Below, piece after piece: positions 32,416-41,305 of a DNA stretch of 64,000 nt. Origin of the DNA: Pseudomonadota bacterium (GTDB lineage Bacteria; Pseudomonadota; Gammaproteobacteria; Burkholderiales; Burkholderiaceae_B); NCBI GenBank assembly GCA_023427085.1, contig JAEZBO010000241.1:256-64255 (forward strand). The letters run 5' to 3'. The notes beneath the pieces were generated by a model. The model did no database searches. It had not been told where the DNA came from and saw only the letters and a list, made by a program, of their open reading frames with translations. Positions within the stretch are counted from its first letter, which is position 1. The number at the start of each line of letters is the position of its first letter. Made by a program: the position numbers and the translations under genes.

Positions 32416-33348
32416 TCAGCGGTCGGCCGGCTTGCCGGCAGGCAGGTCGATCCCCGGAAAGATCTTGATCACGGCCGCGTCATCCTCGCGGCCGTGGCCA
32501 GCCGCCGACGCCTGCATGAACATCTGATGGGCCGTCGAACACAGCGGCAACGGAAACTTCTGCTCGAAGGCCGTGCCCAGCACCAGGCCCAGGTCCTTGA
32601 CGAAGATGTCGACGGCCGACAAGGGCGTGTAGTCGCCGGCCAGCACGTGCGGCATGCGGTTCTCGAACATCCAGCTGTTGCCGGCGCTGGCGGTGATCAC
32701 CTCGAACAACTGCTCGGGGTCGACACCGGCGCGCAGGCCTAGCGCCATCGCCTCGGCCGCCGCGGCGATATGCACGCCGGCCAGCAACTGGTTGATGATC
32801 TTGACCTTGCTGCCGTTGCCGGCCCGCTCGCCCAGCCGGAACACCTTGGCCGCCATCGCGTCGAGCGCGCCACCGGCCTTGTCGTAGGCGGCGGCGCTGC
32901 CGGCCGTCATCATCGTTATCTGGCCGCTGGCGGCCTTGGCGGCGCCACCGCTGATTGGCGCGTCCAGATACAGCAATTGCAGCGCGTTCAGGCGCCGTTC
33001 GAGCTCGATCGAAAACGAGGGATCGACGGTCGAACACATCACGAACAGGCTGCCGGGCGCCATGGCCGCCGCCGCGCCGTCCTGGCCGAACAGCACCGCC
33101 TCGGTCTGCTCGGCGTTGACCACCACGCTGATGACGATCTCGCAGCGCGCGGCCAGCTGGGCCGGCGAGTCGCAGGCCTGGCCACCGTCGGCGACGAAGG
33201 ACTCGGCCGCGACACGCCGGACGTCGTAGACATGGAGGTCGTAGCCATTGCGGCGCAAGGAGGCGGCGATGCCGCGGCCCATGGCGCCCAGGCCGATGAC
33301 ACCGATGGCTGGGGAAGATGGCTGGGTGTGGCTGGCACTGGCTGACAT
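32416..33348 (-). CDS. ltnD: Beta-hydroxyacid dehydrogenase, L-threonate dehydrogenase (LtnD/YgbJ)-like
   Basis: 310 aa. IGVIGLGAMGRG, DAPISGG. Long stretches (KIINQLLAGVHIAAAAEAMAL, AGNSWMFENRMPHVLAGDYTPLSAVDIFVKDLGLV, EDDAAVIKIF) match my recollection of E. coli YgbJ/LtnD. Confidence 0.6.
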   Translation of the reverse strand: MSASASHTQPSSPAIGVIGLGAMGRGIAASLRRNGYDLHVYDVRRVAAESFVADGGQACDSPAQLAARCEIVISVVVNAEQTEAVLFGQDGAAAAMAPGSLFVMCSTVDPSFSIELERRLNALQLLYLDAPISGGAAKAASGQITMMTAGSAAAYDKAGGALDAMAAKVFRLGERAGNGSKVKIINQLLAGVHIAAAAEAMALGLRAGVDPEQLFEVITASAGNSWMFENRMPHVLAGDYTPLSAVDIFVKDLGLVLGTAFEQKFPLPLCSTAHQMFMQASAAGHGREDDAAVIKIFPGIDLPAGKPADR

Positions 33349-33454
33349 GGGCTCGGGTCCTTGTTGGTCTGGCTCCGCGCGGGAACCTCGATGGCAGATC
33401 CCGGCGCGGGCATGTCTGGAGCCGAGAGTATGCCTCGGTCAAGAACCCTCAGCT

Positions 33455-33482
33455 AATACGCATAATGTATATTATGAGAAGT
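33455..33482 (+). other. dif: Candidate dif site (XerC arm AATACGCATAA, core TGTATA, XerD arm TTATGAGAAGT)
   Basis: 18 consecutive bp (CGCATAA-TGTATA-TTATG) are identical to E. coli dif GGTGCGCATAATGTATATTATGTTAAAT. Intergenic and AT-rich. Lies between the last + strand GGGCAGGG (31913) and the first CCCTGCCC (35437) of a complete KOPS-like polarity switch. Confidence 0.75.
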
Positions 33483-33489
33483 CGCGTAT

Positions 33490-34008
33490 TTATCTGGCGC
33501 CATGGACCCGCTCCCATTCGATATGGACCGGCGTGCCTTCAGGCCGCGTGAATCGTTCGGTCATGCGGTCGCCGTCGACGACGAACCGCAGCGTCTGCCT
33601 GTCGCGGGTACTGCCGACCCAGTTGGGAAATGTCGAGCCCAGCACCCGGTTGCCACTGAACTCGCCTTGCGCGTCGACGCGGTAGCTGCCGAAAAAACCG
33701 ATGCTGCCGGCCATCGCGGCCCGATTCTCGGCGTCGGTGCCCTGGCCTCGTGCCGCCGCCGCGAACTTCGGTATCGAGGCATCGGTCAGCACCTCGACAA
33801 AGTGCATGTCGGCCGTGAACACCAGCATGCCTTGCGGCTGGGCCCCATAGGCGGGACGGCGCTGGCCGTCCTGCTCGATCTCGGCCGTCACCATGCGCCA
33901 GGTGCCCAGCACCTGATTGGGCGGCTGGGTCGTGGCCTGGGCGCCGGCAGCGGCGGTCAGCGCGGCCGCCAACAGCACGGGAATCAACTTGCGGGTCGGG
34001 GATAGCAT
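33490..34008 (-). CDS. Exported lipocalin-like domain protein
   Basis: 172 aa. Signal peptide, then GTWRMVTAEIEQDGQRRP...GMLVFTADMHF pattern typical of bacterial lipocalin-like domains. Confidence 0.55.
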   Translation of the reverse strand: MLSPTRKLIPVLLAAALTAAAGAQATTQPPNQVLGTWRMVTAEIEQDGQRRPAYGAQPQGMLVFTADMHFVEVLTDASIPKFAAAARGQGTDAENRAAMAGSIGFFGSYRVDAQGEFSGNRVLGSTFPNWVGSTRDRQTLRFVVDGDRMTERFTRPEGTPVHIEWERVHGAR

Positions 34009-34110
34009 GGTCGAGCTCCTTTGTGCTTGTGAGGTGTTCCCATCGTAGAAGCCTCACATTGGTTCGTGAACCCTCTTTTCCTTGCATGAATTGGTCAATA
34101 GAATCGACCA

Positions 34111-35061
34111 ATGAAACTGCCCGCCCTGTCCGATCTGAACGCCTTCGTGGCCGTCGCGACGCATCGCAATTTCCGCCGCGCCGCCGATACCCTGGGGGTC
34201 TCCCATTCGAGCCTGAGTCACGCGATCCGTAACCTGGAGAGTCAGCTCGGCATCCGGCTGTTCAACCGCACGACCCGCAGCGTGGCGCCGACGCCCGAGG
34301 CCGAACGCCTGCTGCAACGGCTCGAACCCCTATTGGGCGACCTGGGTGAGGCGCTGGGCGCCGCGGCGGCCAGCGGTGGACAGGTCAGCGGCGTGCTGCG
34401 GATCAGCGGCAGCCTGGGCGCGATCCGTCATCTGCTCGATCAGGTCGTGCCGGTGCTGCAGTCACGCCATCCGCGCATCGAACTGGATCTGTCGGTGGAT
34501 GGCCATCTGGTCGACATCGTGAAACAGGGCTTCGACGCCGGCATCCGTTTGGGCGAGGCGGTGCCGCAGGACATGGTGGCCGTTTCGCTGGGCGCGCCGA
34601 TGCGTTTTCTGCCGGTGGCGGCGCCCTCTTACCTGCGACGGCATGCGCCGCCCGCCACGCCTGGCGATCTGCTGGATCACCACTGCATCCGTCAGCGGCT
34701 GCCCAGCGGCAGGCGCTATCGCTGGGAGTTCAGTCTGGACAACCAGCAGCAGGCCATCGACGTGCCCGGCACGCTGACGCTGGACAACAACGCCTTGCAG
34801 GTCGAGGCGGCCGCAGCGGGCCTGGGCATCGCCTACGTACCCGAAACGTATGCCGCGCCGTGGCTGGCCGACGGTCGGCTGGTCGCCCTGCTGGAAACCT
34901 GGTGTCCGCCAGCGCCCGGATTTCACCTGTACTTTCCCGCCAACCGCCACCCGCCCGCGGCGCTGCGCGCGTTGATCGACGTGATCAAGGAACAGGCGTC
35001 ATCGACACAGCGCCTGCGACATGAGACTGCCACTGCAGGGATCGGCCGCCGGTCCCCGTGA
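34111..35061 (+). CDS. LysR-family transcriptional regulator
   Basis: 316 aa. N-terminal HTH LNAFVAVATHRNFRRAADTLGVSHSSLSHAIRNLE and LysR substrate-binding domain. Confidence 0.9.
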   Translation: MKLPALSDLNAFVAVATHRNFRRAADTLGVSHSSLSHAIRNLESQLGIRLFNRTTRSVAPTPEAERLLQRLEPLLGDLGEALGAAAASGGQVSGVLRISGSLGAIRHLLDQVVPVLQSRHPRIELDLSVDGHLVDIVKQGFDAGIRLGEAVPQDMVAVSLGAPMRFLPVAAPSYLRRHAPPATPGDLLDHHCIRQRLPSGRRYRWEFSLDNQQQAIDVPGTLTLDNNALQVEAAAAGLGIAYVPETYAAPWLADGRLVALLETWCPPAPGFHLYFPANRHPPAALRALIDVIKEQASSTQRLRHETATAGIGRRSP

Positions 35062-35099
35062 TCGGCTATCGACTGCCGTGGCGACCGCGCGCCGGGCGA

Positions 35100-36146
35100 T
35101 CATCCAGGCGCCCCGCCCTGCTTCACCGGCCATGTATCCGCCAGCCGGTAACCCGCCGGCCAGGGATCGGCCGGATCGAGCAGATGTTGATGAATGCCGG
35201 TCACCCAGGCGCGGCCGCTGATCTGCGGGCGGATCGCCGCGATGCCGCCGATCGCCGTGGTGCCCAGGATCCGCCCATGGAATTCGGAGTCGATGATGGA
35301 CACGCCGGTATAGCGGTCGCCGACCGCCATCAGGCCGCGGTGATGCAGCAGCGCCATGCTGGCGCAGACCGCCGTGCCGGTCGGCGACCGATCCAGCTTG
35401 CCGGGCTGGATCGAGACCACCGATTTGGCCCGCAGGCCCTGCCCGTCGCGATACAGCGGACCGGCGAACAGGCAGAACGAGTGATGCTGCCAATCCGCGC
35501 GCTCGGGATGATGAAACACCAGTTGCTGGTTGGCCGCGTTCGTGATTCGGACGCCCAGCTCGGCCAGTTGCCTGGCGTGGCGGGCCTCCAGCTGCAGGCC
35601 CAGCGCCTGCGCGTCGACCACCACGAAACTGTCGCCGCCGTAGGCGGTGTCGACGACGATCGGACCCAGACCGGGCACGTCCAGCGAGACGTCGAGCTGC
35701 CCGGCGAACGACGCGACGTTCTCGACGGTGATGCGTTCGGCCTTGCCGGCGGCTCAATCGGCGCGCACGCGCACCAGTCCGCCGGGCGCCTCGAGCACCA
35801 TCTCGGTGACGGGCTCTTGCATGGCGACGATGCCTGTGTCGAGCAGGACCGTGGCGACGCAGATCGCATTCGATCCCGACATCGGCGGCGTGTCCTCCGG
35901 CTCCATGATGATCCACGCGGCGTGTGCGTCGGGATGCCGGGGCGGCACCAGCAGGTTGACGTGCCGGAACACGCCGCCGCGCGGTTCGTTGAGCACGAAG
36001 TGTCGCAGTGTCTGGTCGTGGGCGATCCAGCTGCGCTGTTCCCACAGCGTGTCGCCGGGCGGCGCGGCGACGCCGCCCACGATGACGTCACCGACCTCGC
36101 CTTCCGCGTGGCAGGACACGACATGGATCACTTTGGTGGACCGCAT
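35100..36146 (-). pseudogene. Proline racemase/hydroxyproline epimerase-superfamily gene interrupted by one in-frame TGA (35754-35756)
   Basis: ORFs 35754-36146 (N-terminal part) and 35100-35678 (C-terminal part) are in the same frame. The 25 codons between them are open (AAGKAERITVENVASFAGQLDVSLD). Joined length of about 348 codons fits the family. Confidence 0.7.
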
Positions 36147-36213
36147 CCTGACCTCCTGTCAGCAGAGAAAAAGCCGGGCCAGGCCACCGCATGGCCGGAC
36201 GCGCCGGCGACGC

Positions 36214-37041
36214 CTAGCCGGCGATGGCCTCGACCTTGAACGCCCGCTTCATCCGGTAGATCGTCGACGGCCCCAGCCACTTGTCGAAGATCGCGCCGAT
36301 GGCACCGGAGCGGTCGAGTTCGGCCAACGCCTGGTTGACCGCCGCCAGCAAGGCCGGCTGGTTCTTGCGCACGCCGACGCCCCAGACTTCGCGGCCGATG
36401 GCGGGCTGCAGCACCCGGTAGTCGTCCGCGCGATCGCCCAGTTTGTTGATGAGCTTGCGCAACACCTCCTCGGATTGGGTGATCGCCTCGACGCGCCGTT
36501 GCGCCAGCGCCGTAAACGCGGTCGGCGCGTCGTCGTAGCCGACCGGCCTGGCGCTAGGCAGCACGGCGGCGACGTAGTCGGCGCTGATGCTGCCCTTGAC
36601 GTCGCTGATGCGCTGGCCGGCCAGATCGGCGACCGTCTGGTAGGCGCTGTCGCGGCGGCTCACCAGCACGTTCTCGCTGACGTAATACGCCAAGGAGTAG
36701 TCGACCTGCTCGGCACGCTGCGCAGTATGGGCCAGCCCGGCCGCCAGCACGTCCATGTGTCCTTGCTGCAAGGCAGGAATCCGCGCCTCGATCGACACGG
36801 GCTTGAGTTCGACCCGGACGCCCAGCCGCTGGCCCAGCGCCTTGCAGATGTCGACGTCGTAGCCGACCACCGCGCGCTCGGCGGGATCGACGAAGCCGAA
36901 GGGTTCGAAGATGTCGATGACACCGCACACCAGTACTCCCTTGGTCTTGATGTCGGCGAGCTGGTCGGCGCGCGCGCCGCCGGCCAGGCACAGCGTGGCC
37001 AGCCCGGCCGATAGAACGATCTTCATCCAGTCATGCTTCAT
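36214..37041 (-). CDS. Polar amino-acid ABC transporter substrate-binding protein (family 3)
   Basis: ATG at 37041. Signal peptide, then LADIKTKGVLVCGV...GYDVDICKAL, typical of SBP_bac_3. Confidence 0.85.
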   Translation of the reverse strand: MKHDWMKIVLSAGLATLCLAGGARADQLADIKTKGVLVCGVIDIFEPFGFVDPAERAVVGYDVDICKALGQRLGVRVELKPVSIEARIPALQQGHMDVLAAGLAHTAQRAEQVDYSLAYYVSENVLVSRRDSAYQTVADLAGQRISDVKGSISADYVAAVLPSARPVGYDDAPTAFTALAQRRVEAITQSEEVLRKLINKLGDRADDYRVLQPAIGREVWGVGVRKNQPALLAAVNQALAELDRSGAIGAIFDKWLGPSTIYRMKRAFKVEAIAG

Positions 37042-37150
37042 CGACGTCTCCAGTTGACGCAGTGGTTCACTGCCTGAAAGCCGCGGTGCGAGCCGCGTCG
37101 CGGCCTGTCGCGTGCAGCGCTGCCGGCGTGAGTCATTCGCGCCGGGCCGG

Positions 37151-37921
37151 CTATCTGCGCAGGTCCGACAGGAAAGCCTGGGCACGCGGATGCGCCGGTG
37201 CGTCGAAGAAGGTCTGCGGGTCGGCACGCTCAAGTATTTCTCCGTGATCCATGAACCAGACCTGGTCCGCGACGTCGCGCGCGAACTTCATCTCGTGCGT
37301 GACGCACACCATCGTCATGCCGTCGCGCGCCAGCGCCTTCATGACGGCCAGCACTTCGCCGACCATCTCCGGATCGAGCGCGCTGGTCGGTTCGTCGAAC
37401 AGCATCACCGGCGGATTCATGGCCAAGGCGCGCGCGATCGCCACCCGTTGCTGCTGACCGCCCGAAAGCTGGTTGGGGTATGCATGCGCCTTGTGTTCGA
37501 GGCCGACCTTGGAGAGCAGCGCCAGCGCGGTGTCGCGAGCGCCGGCCCGCGACACCTTGCCGACCCAGATCGGACCGCTGCAGACGTTCTCCAGTACCGA
37601 CAGATGAGGAAACAGGTTGAACGACTGGAAGACAAAACCGATACGGCTGCGCACCCGGTTGATGTCGGTCTGTTTGCCTTGCACGTCGTGGCCGTCGACA
37701 TGGATGCTGCCGGCGTCGATGACCTCGAGCCGGTTCATGGCGCGGATCAGCGTGGACTTGCCGGAGCCGGAGGGACCGCACAGCACGACCACCCGGCCGC
37801 GCTCGACCACGGCATCGATGCGTTTCAGGGCGTGGTAGTCGCCGTACCATTTTTCTACCGCCACCAGCTGGATCATCGGCGCCGGAACGGTGGACAAACT
37901 ATCGGATGCGCGAGGGTTCAT
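37151..37921 (-). CDS. Amino-acid ABC transporter ATP-binding protein
   Basis: 256 aa. Walker [10 protein letters not shown], signature [15 protein letters not shown], and Walker [12 protein letters not shown]. Alternative start at 37876. Confidence 0.9.
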   Translation of the reverse strand: MNPRASDSLSTVPAPMIQLVAVEKWYGDYHALKRIDAVVERGRVVVLCGPSGSGKSTLIRAMNRLEVIDAGSIHVDGHDVQGKQTDINRVRSRIGFVFQSFNLFPHLSVLENVCSGPIWVGKVSRAGARDTALALLSKVGLEHKAHAYPNQLSGGQQQRVAIARALAMNPPVMLFDEPTSALDPEMVGEVLAVMKALARDGMTMVCVTHEMKFARDVADQVWFMDHGEILERADPQTFFDAPAHPRAQAFLSDLRR

Positions 37922-37923
37922 GG

Positions 37924-38655
37924 TCAGCGGGCCGCGGCGGCGGTGGTCGGCGAGGATGGGCGGACGAGCGGTCGCTGCTGCCGGCGGGCGAGACGCCGTT
38001 CGAGCACGCCGGCCAGTTGCGTCAGCGCGAAGCAGATGACGAAGTAGATCAGCGACAGCAGCAGGAAGACCTCGAACGGACGCGTCAGCACGCTGCTGTT
38101 GACCTGGTTGGCGGCATAGGTCAGTTCGTGCACGCCGATCACATAGCCCAGCGAGGTGTCCTTGATGGTCGTGACGAACTGCCCGACCGTGCTGGGCAGC
38201 ATGTTCGCCAGCGCCTGCGGCAGGATGATCCGACGCAGTCGCACGGGATAGGCCATGCCCAGCGCGGCGGCGGCCTCGGCCTGCCCGGCCGGCAGGCCCT
38301 GGATGCCGGCGCGCACGATCTCGGCCAGATAGGCCGCCTGGAACACCACCAGCGTGATCGCCATGGTCGTGAAGCCGGCCAGCGGGCGCCCGAGCATCAA
38401 CGGCACGACGAAGTAGACGCCGAAGATCAGCATCACCAGCGGAATGCTGCGCAGCAGCCAGCCCAGCATGGTCGCGGGCAGGCGTAGCACCCGGCGCGCG
38501 CTGAGCTGTGCGAGCGCCATCAGCACGCCCAGCGGAAAGGCCAGGCCGATGCCGATCAGCGACAGCAGCAAGGTCGCGGCCACGCCGCCGAGCGGGCCAT
38601 TGGGATAGACGCCGATGGCGAACAGCAAGCCATACTGCGTGAGGATCTCGAGCAT
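37924..38655 (-). CDS. Amino-acid ABC transporter permease
   Basis: 243 aa, His/Glu/Gln/Arg-type permease with EAAAALG and [16 protein letters not shown] motifs. Confidence 0.85.
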   Translation of the reverse strand: MLEILTQYGLLFAIGVYPNGPLGGVAATLLLSLIGIGLAFPLGVLMALAQLSARRVLRLPATMLGWLLRSIPLVMLIFGVYFVVPLMLGRPLAGFTTMAITLVVFQAAYLAEIVRAGIQGLPAGQAEAAAALGMAYPVRLRRIILPQALANMLPSTVGQFVTTIKDTSLGYVIGVHELTYAANQVNSSVLTRPFEVFLLLSLIYFVICFALTQLAGVLERRLARRQQRPLVRPSSPTTAAAAR

Positions 38656-38658
38656 GAG

Positions 38659-39342
38659 CTAGCGTCCCGGGATGCGGCTCAGCCTGGCGGCCCAGGCACC
38701 GGCGGCCAGCAAGGCCAGTGCGACCAGCACGTACATCGCGGTGCTGAGTCCGTAGGATTCGAAGATCCTGAAACTCTTGTTGGCGGCATCCTTGCTGGCG
38801 TAGGTCAGCTCCATCACGCCGGTGACCATGGCCAGTCCGGTGGTCTTGACCAGCATGACCGCGCCGCTGGTCAGCGGCGGAATCGACACCCGCAGCGCCT
38901 GCGGCAGGACCACGCGCCGCAGCGCACCGAACTGGCCCAGGCCCAGTGCGCGGGCAGCCTCCAGCTGACCGGACGCCACGCTGCGCAGGCCGCTGCGCAG
39001 ATCCTCGGACAGGTAGGCGCCGTAATACAGGCCGATCGCGATGGCGGCGAACCAGAATTCGCCGTGGTTGTCATTGAGCCAGCTCTGCGGACCGGCCGGC
39101 AGCATGTTGGCCACGCCGAAGTACCACAGGAAGATGTGGACCAGCGGCGGCACGTTGCGCTGGTACTCGATGAAAGCCACCACCAGCCAGGCGCCCACCC
39201 GCGAGCCCGTGACCCGCAGCAGGGTCAGGCCGATGCCCAGCGCGAAGGCCAGCAGCCAGCTGAGCGCCGACAGCAGCAGGGTCAGTTGCAGGCCGGCCCA
39301 GAACAGCGGACCGTATTCGGCGAGAAAACGCATCGTGGGCAT
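38659..39342 (-). CDS. Amino-acid ABC transporter permease
   Basis: ATG at 39342 or 39333 (the ORF-track ORF extends to 39684). EAARALG and [16 protein letters not shown] motifs. Confidence 0.85.
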   Translation of the reverse strand: MPTMRFLAEYGPLFWAGLQLTLLLSALSWLLAFALGIGLTLLRVTGSRVGAWLVVAFIEYQRNVPPLVHIFLWYFGVANMLPAGPQSWLNDNHGEFWFAAIAIGLYYGAYLSEDLRSGLRSVASGQLEAARALGLGQFGALRRVVLPQALRVSIPPLTSGAVMLVKTTGLAMVTGVMELTYASKDAANKSFRIFESYGLSTAMYVLVALALLAAGAWAARLSRIPGR

Positions 39343-39658
39343 CCCGGTGGCGAGAAGACGTGGTTCGATGGCGCTGCGCCGCGCGGCAGCGCGAGACGGC
39401 TCAGGCCGGGCCAGCAAGCTGGGCGTCCCGGCGGCGCGGCTGCAACCGGAACAGGTCGATATCCGATCCAGTTGGCGGCGAAGCTGGTGCACAGTACGCC
39501 CATTCGGCCGGCGTTCGCCCTGGGGTTTGCCCGAGTTTTGACTATCTGTGGTAATTTGAACTAACCAATTTGGCGGACGCTTTCGGAATGCCACCACGGC
39601 AGTGGTCCGGTGACGGCCGTGCCGCCATACCCTCGCGTCAGCGCGACTTTCGATCCCG

Positions 39659-40390
39659 ATGATGGACAGCAGATTCAGGCCCAAACAGATTTACGAGCAG
39701 GTCGCCGACCAGATCCGCGCGGCGATCGGCAGCGGCGCCTATCCAGCGGGCTCGCGCCTGCCTTCCGAGCGCGATCTGGCGCAGCGCCTGAATGTCAGCC
39801 GGCCCGCGGTACGCGAAGCGATAGGCTCGCTGCAGAATGCCGGCCTGGTCATCACCCGCCATGGCTCGGGCACGTACGTGACCGGCGCTCGCGACGCGCC
39901 GGCCGACGCCGCCCGCCCGATCCCCGCGGCTGCCCGTCCGGTGCCCGCGGCCGACATCAGCCCCATCAGCATCCTGCGCGCGCGCCTGATCATCGAGCCG
40001 GCGGTCGCGCGGCTGGCGGCGCAACGCGGCCAGCGCGATGCGCAGGCCGAACACCATCTGGAAAGCATGGCGCAGGTCCAGGACATCACCGACCCCCATC
40101 AGCAGCAGCTATGGAGTGAAAGCGACCGGCTGTTTCATCGGCAGATCGCGGTGATGACCGGCGATCCGCTGCTGATCAGCATCGCCGACGAGCTGGCCGA
40201 CAGCATGAACCAGCCGCTGTGGCATCGGCTGCGCGACGATGGCATCTACGACGCGGCGCGCATCCGGCTGTATGTGGCCGAACATCAATTGATCTACGAG
40301 GCCATCGTCTCGGGCGACGCGGACGCCGCGGCGTTCTATGTCGAGGGACATCTGCGGCGCGTGGAGCGCGACATCGCCACGCGCGAGTGA
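39659..40390 (+). CDS. GntR/FadR-family transcriptional regulator
   Basis: 243 aa. Winged HTH (LPSERDLAQRLNVSRPAVREAIGSLQNAGLVITRHGSGTYV) plus an FCD-type C-terminal domain. Confidence 0.9.
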   Translation: MMDSRFRPKQIYEQVADQIRAAIGSGAYPAGSRLPSERDLAQRLNVSRPAVREAIGSLQNAGLVITRHGSGTYVTGARDAPADAARPIPAAARPVPAADISPISILRARLIIEPAVARLAAQRGQRDAQAEHHLESMAQVQDITDPHQQQLWSESDRLFHRQIAVMTGDPLLISIADELADSMNQPLWHRLRDDGIYDAARIRLYVAEHQLIYEAIVSGDADAAAFYVEGHLRRVERDIATRE

Positions 40391-40480
40391 CATCGCCACG
40401 GTCGAGTGACGCCGTCACGCGTGAGTCACATCGTCACGCGCGACTGACATCGCCGCGCGAGTGACGCCGCCACGGCGGCG
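40371..40480. repeat. About 5.5 tandem copies of a 19-bp unit (ACATCGCCACGCGCGAGTG)
   Basis: Unit 1 is the last 19 nt of the GntR CDS up to its TGA. Degenerate copies follow at 40390, 40409, 40428, 40447 and 40464. Confidence 0.7.
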
Positions 40481-40491
40481 CCCTGCCCGCC

Positions 40492-41298
40492 TCAATAGCG
40501 CAGCTTGTCGTCGCGCCCGGCCGCTGCCGCCTGGACCAATGCCCGGGTGATGATGCTGGTCGAGACGTTGGCGAAGTAGCGCGCGCCCCAGGCGCCGTAC
40601 TTTTTTTCGTCCTCGGGCGTCAGCGCGATGATGCCAGGGCACTTGCCGGCCGCCGCGATGGCCTTGAGGCCGCGTTCGATGGCGGCCTGCACCGGCGCGG
40701 CGTTCCAGTCGCTGCCATGGCCCATCGCGTGGGCCAGGTCGTTGGGGCCGATGAAGCCGACGTCCACGCCATCGACCGCGGCGATTTCGCCAGCCACCTC
40801 GATGGCTTCCGGTGTCTCGATCATGACGACCAGCGCCACGCCGTCGTTGCTGCGCTGCGTATGCGCGGCACCGCCGAACGCGCCGTAACCGGCCGCGCGG
40901 GTGCTGAACGCGCAGCCACGCCGGCCGATCGGCGGATAGCGCACCAGGTCGGCCAGCCGGCGCGCCTGCGCGGCGCTGTCGACCATCGGGATCTGCACCG
41001 CGCTGGCGCCCATGTCGAGGATGCGCGGCAGGTCGTGCTCGAAGCAGCGCACGATCGGCGCGATGCCGGCGGCGCGCGCGGCCCGCAACATGTGCTCGGT
41101 GGCGCCGAAGTCGGCGCTGCCGTGCTCATTGTCGAGGATGATGAAATCGAAGCCGGCATAGCCGCACATCTCAACCAGCGCCGGGCTGGGGATGCCGTTG
41201 AACAGGCCGCGCAGCGGCTGGCCGCCGCGCAGCGCGGCTGGCAGGCTGCCATCGAAGGGATGATGGGGTGGGTTCATCGAAGCTCCTGGTTCGGTCAT
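40492..41298 (-). CDS. HpcH/HpaI-family aldolase
   Basis: Start at 41298 or 41277. TIM-barrel aldolase pattern (FDFIILDNEHG, VRCFEHD, IETPEAI, FIGPNDLA). Confidence 0.8.
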   Translation of the reverse strand: MTEPGASMNPPHHPFDGSLPAALRGGQPLRGLFNGIPSPALVEMCGYAGFDFIILDNEHGSADFGATEHMLRAARAAGIAPIVRCFEHDLPRILDMGASAVQIPMVDSAAQARRLADLVRYPPIGRRGCAFSTRAAGYGAFGGAAHTQRSNDGVALVVMIETPEAIEVAGEIAAVDGVDVGFIGPNDLAHAMGHGSDWNAAPVQAAIERGLKAIAAAGKCPGIIALTPEDEKKYGAWGARYFANVSTSIITRALVQAAAAGRDDKLRY

Positions 41299-41305
41299 GG
41301 CGCAA

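Noticed and set aside
35754-35756. In-frame TGA of the proline-racemase-like gene as a selenocysteine codon or programmed readthrough.
   Set aside because: The position is not a catalytic site of the family. The pairing I can draw downstream is only short, interrupted GC helices of the kind found everywhere in this sequence, not a convincing SECIS. No selA/selB/selC/selD genes are visible in the window. A nonsense mutation or sequencing error is more parsimonious.
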